Shown piece after piece: positions 61,172 through 64,000 of a stretch of 64,000 nucleotides of DNA. The stretch lies in assembly GCF_009914755.1 (NCBI RefSeq), contig NC_060948.1. One strand, given 5' to 3'. The position numbers and the translations under genes are program-made. Source of the stretch: the human T2T-CHM13v2.0 reference genome, Homo sapiens. Positions within the stretch are counted from its first letter, which is position 1. Each line of letters opens with the position of its first letter. The notes beneath the pieces are model-generated. The model had not been told where the DNA came from and searched no databases. It worked only from the letters and a program-made list of their open reading frames with translations.

Positions 61172-63277
61172 AGATCCGTATTTTTTAAATGAAAAAAAAT
61201 TTCAAAGGTACTCTGCTTGGTACAATAATCAAATGTATAAACTGAGGAATAAAACATAACCATGAAACCTACTTATAACTGCATATGGAAAATACAGAGG
61301 ATAATTTTTTAAATAACATATTTTGAAAGCCTTAACTAGTAATTTGAAGAGTTGGCATTTGAAAGGCCAGTATGAATATACCTTCAAAGCAGCAACACAG
61401 GTTCCCCATGAGAAAAAGCAAACACAGGGAAAATAAAAACACAAAGGTTCAATCTCTTCTGACCTTTGAAAGACACAGCACAGACAGTGGTCCTTAGGAC
61501 GAAGAGCAGGAGACCCCCTAATTCCGTCACCATGGCGATAGGGCATAAACATTGCTGGGTGAGGGCACAATCCACATTGTGAGGTCCAACTGCTGCCAGG
61601 AAGACAGGAGTGCTTTTACATAGACCGAAAGGTCATTGAAGGCTCAGAGTTTTGTTTCAAGAACTGAATCCCAAGCCCACACGTTATTAGGCTGCGCTTC
61701 TTAAAACAAGTTATGAGATGGGAAAAAGGGCACCCACAAACATACGTATACATTATGTATATAATAATATACAGTATCATATATATAATATATATAACCT
61801 ATGTATAATATTGTTTTACATCCTGCATCTTATGTTATATATATTGTATAAAATATAATAATTGATAATATATAAGTTTTATAATTATACAGTATGACAT
61901 ATAGTATATATTATAATTTATGACATATATAATATATGTTATATATCATATATAGAATATATTATACGGTTAATATACGTATTAAATATAAATTATACAT
62001 TATATATATTATATATAATATATCTGTTATATATAATACCCATTATGCATAATATATATATTATGTCTATGTTATATATAGTATAAAACAACATATAATA
62101 ATATATAATTGTATATATAAAATGCGACATATAATATATATTATATTTTATAACATATGTAATATATATTATATATTATATATAATACGTTGTATGTATA
62201 ATACCTATATTAAATATATATTATATGACTATGTTATTAATTACATGTCACATGTGTTATATATTATATATTTTACATAGAATATACCGGTTACATACAA
62301 TATATACTATGTTACCTATAATGTATAATTTACTACATGTAAAATAAAGAATGCAATATATTATGTATAATTTATAATATACAATATGTGGAATGTGATA
62401 TATATAACATATAATATATGATATATGATATACAGTATATGATATATAACATACAATATATGATTCCTAATATATATGGTATACAATATATATTTTATGA
62501 TATGTATTCTATATGTTTTATATTCTGTTATATATAACTATTTGAAATTATATATAACTGTATAATATTTTATGTAAATATGTAATATAATATATATAAC
62601 TATATAATATATTATATATAACTATATATTATGTTATATATACTTTTATAACATAATTTACATAAAATATCATAATATAATATATATTATATTATTTCAT
62701 ATTACATAATATATATTACATATCACCCAATATAACTAACATACATAATCTTATAATATAGATTATATTATGTTATATTAAATATCATATATATCATGTA
62801 TCATATATTCTAAAATATATATTACACATTATATAATATGTATGTTGTCTATTATGTGATATATATAACTATATATATAATTATATTTTTGTACATATAA
62901 CTAGATAAACATGTAATTCTACATATTTTCATTTATAATATGTAGAATTATATAATCATATATAATTATTTATATTCTATAAAAAATGTTATCATTATAT
63001 GAATTATAATATATAAAAATTATAATATGTACTACAAATATATATATTATATATCATATATGATATAGTACCTTTGTTATATATCATAATACATATAAAT
63101 GTGTATTATGTTATCTATAATTATATAATTTCATATATAAGATGTATAATATGTATCATATATTATATATGTTATGTAATATATATAGTATATATAAGAT
63201 GACACAGGATAAATATTATATACTATGACATATAAAATATATGAGGTTATATGTTACATATAAGGCATAGCACATAA

Positions 63278-63592
<315 letters not shown>

Positions 63593-64000
63593 AGATCCGT
63601 ATTTTTTAAATGAAAAAAAATTTCAAAGGTACTCTGCTTGGTACAATAATCAAATGTATAAACTGAGGAATAAAACATAACCATGAAACCTACTTATAAC
63701 TGCATATGGAAAATACAGAGGATAATTTTTTAAATAACATATTTTGAAAGCCTTAACTAGTAATTTGAAGAGTTGGCATTTGAAAGGCCAGTATGAATAT
63801 ACCTTCAAAGCAGCAACACAGGTTCCCCATGAGAAAAAGCAAACACAGGGAAAATAAAAACACAAAGGTTCAATCTCTTCTGACCTTTGAAAGACACAGC
63901 ACAGACAGTGGTCCTTAGGACGAAGAGCAGGAGACCCCCTAATTCCGTCACCATGGCGATAGGGCATAAACATTGCTGGGTGAGGGCACAATCCACATTG

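Overview
The whole 64-kb window is one head-to-tail tandem array of a ~2.42-kb primate satellite unit (27 Alu-anchored copies; spacing of equivalent ORF anchors 2410-2421 bp, mean ~2418). Each unit is a diverged Alu on the - strand (~290 bp), a ~570-bp mixed-composition segment (HSATI-like) and a ~1.55-kb degenerate (TA)n-like block. This architecture, plus a predicted 2143-bp HaeIII fragment, matches human DYZ2/HSat1B, most likely Yq12 heterochromatin (acrocentric short-arm HSat1B cannot be excluded from sequence alone). I see no credible gene, CRISPR array, inversion or DYZ1/HSat3 block, and no evidence for a previously undescribed biological system. The informative signal is in copy-to-copy variants: a 4-unit (9676-bp) tandem duplication, single-unit duplications, mosaic units, local sub-lineages and a transversion-rich zone. 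Units are numbered U1-U27 by Alu. Variants were compared by eye, so counts are not exhaustive.
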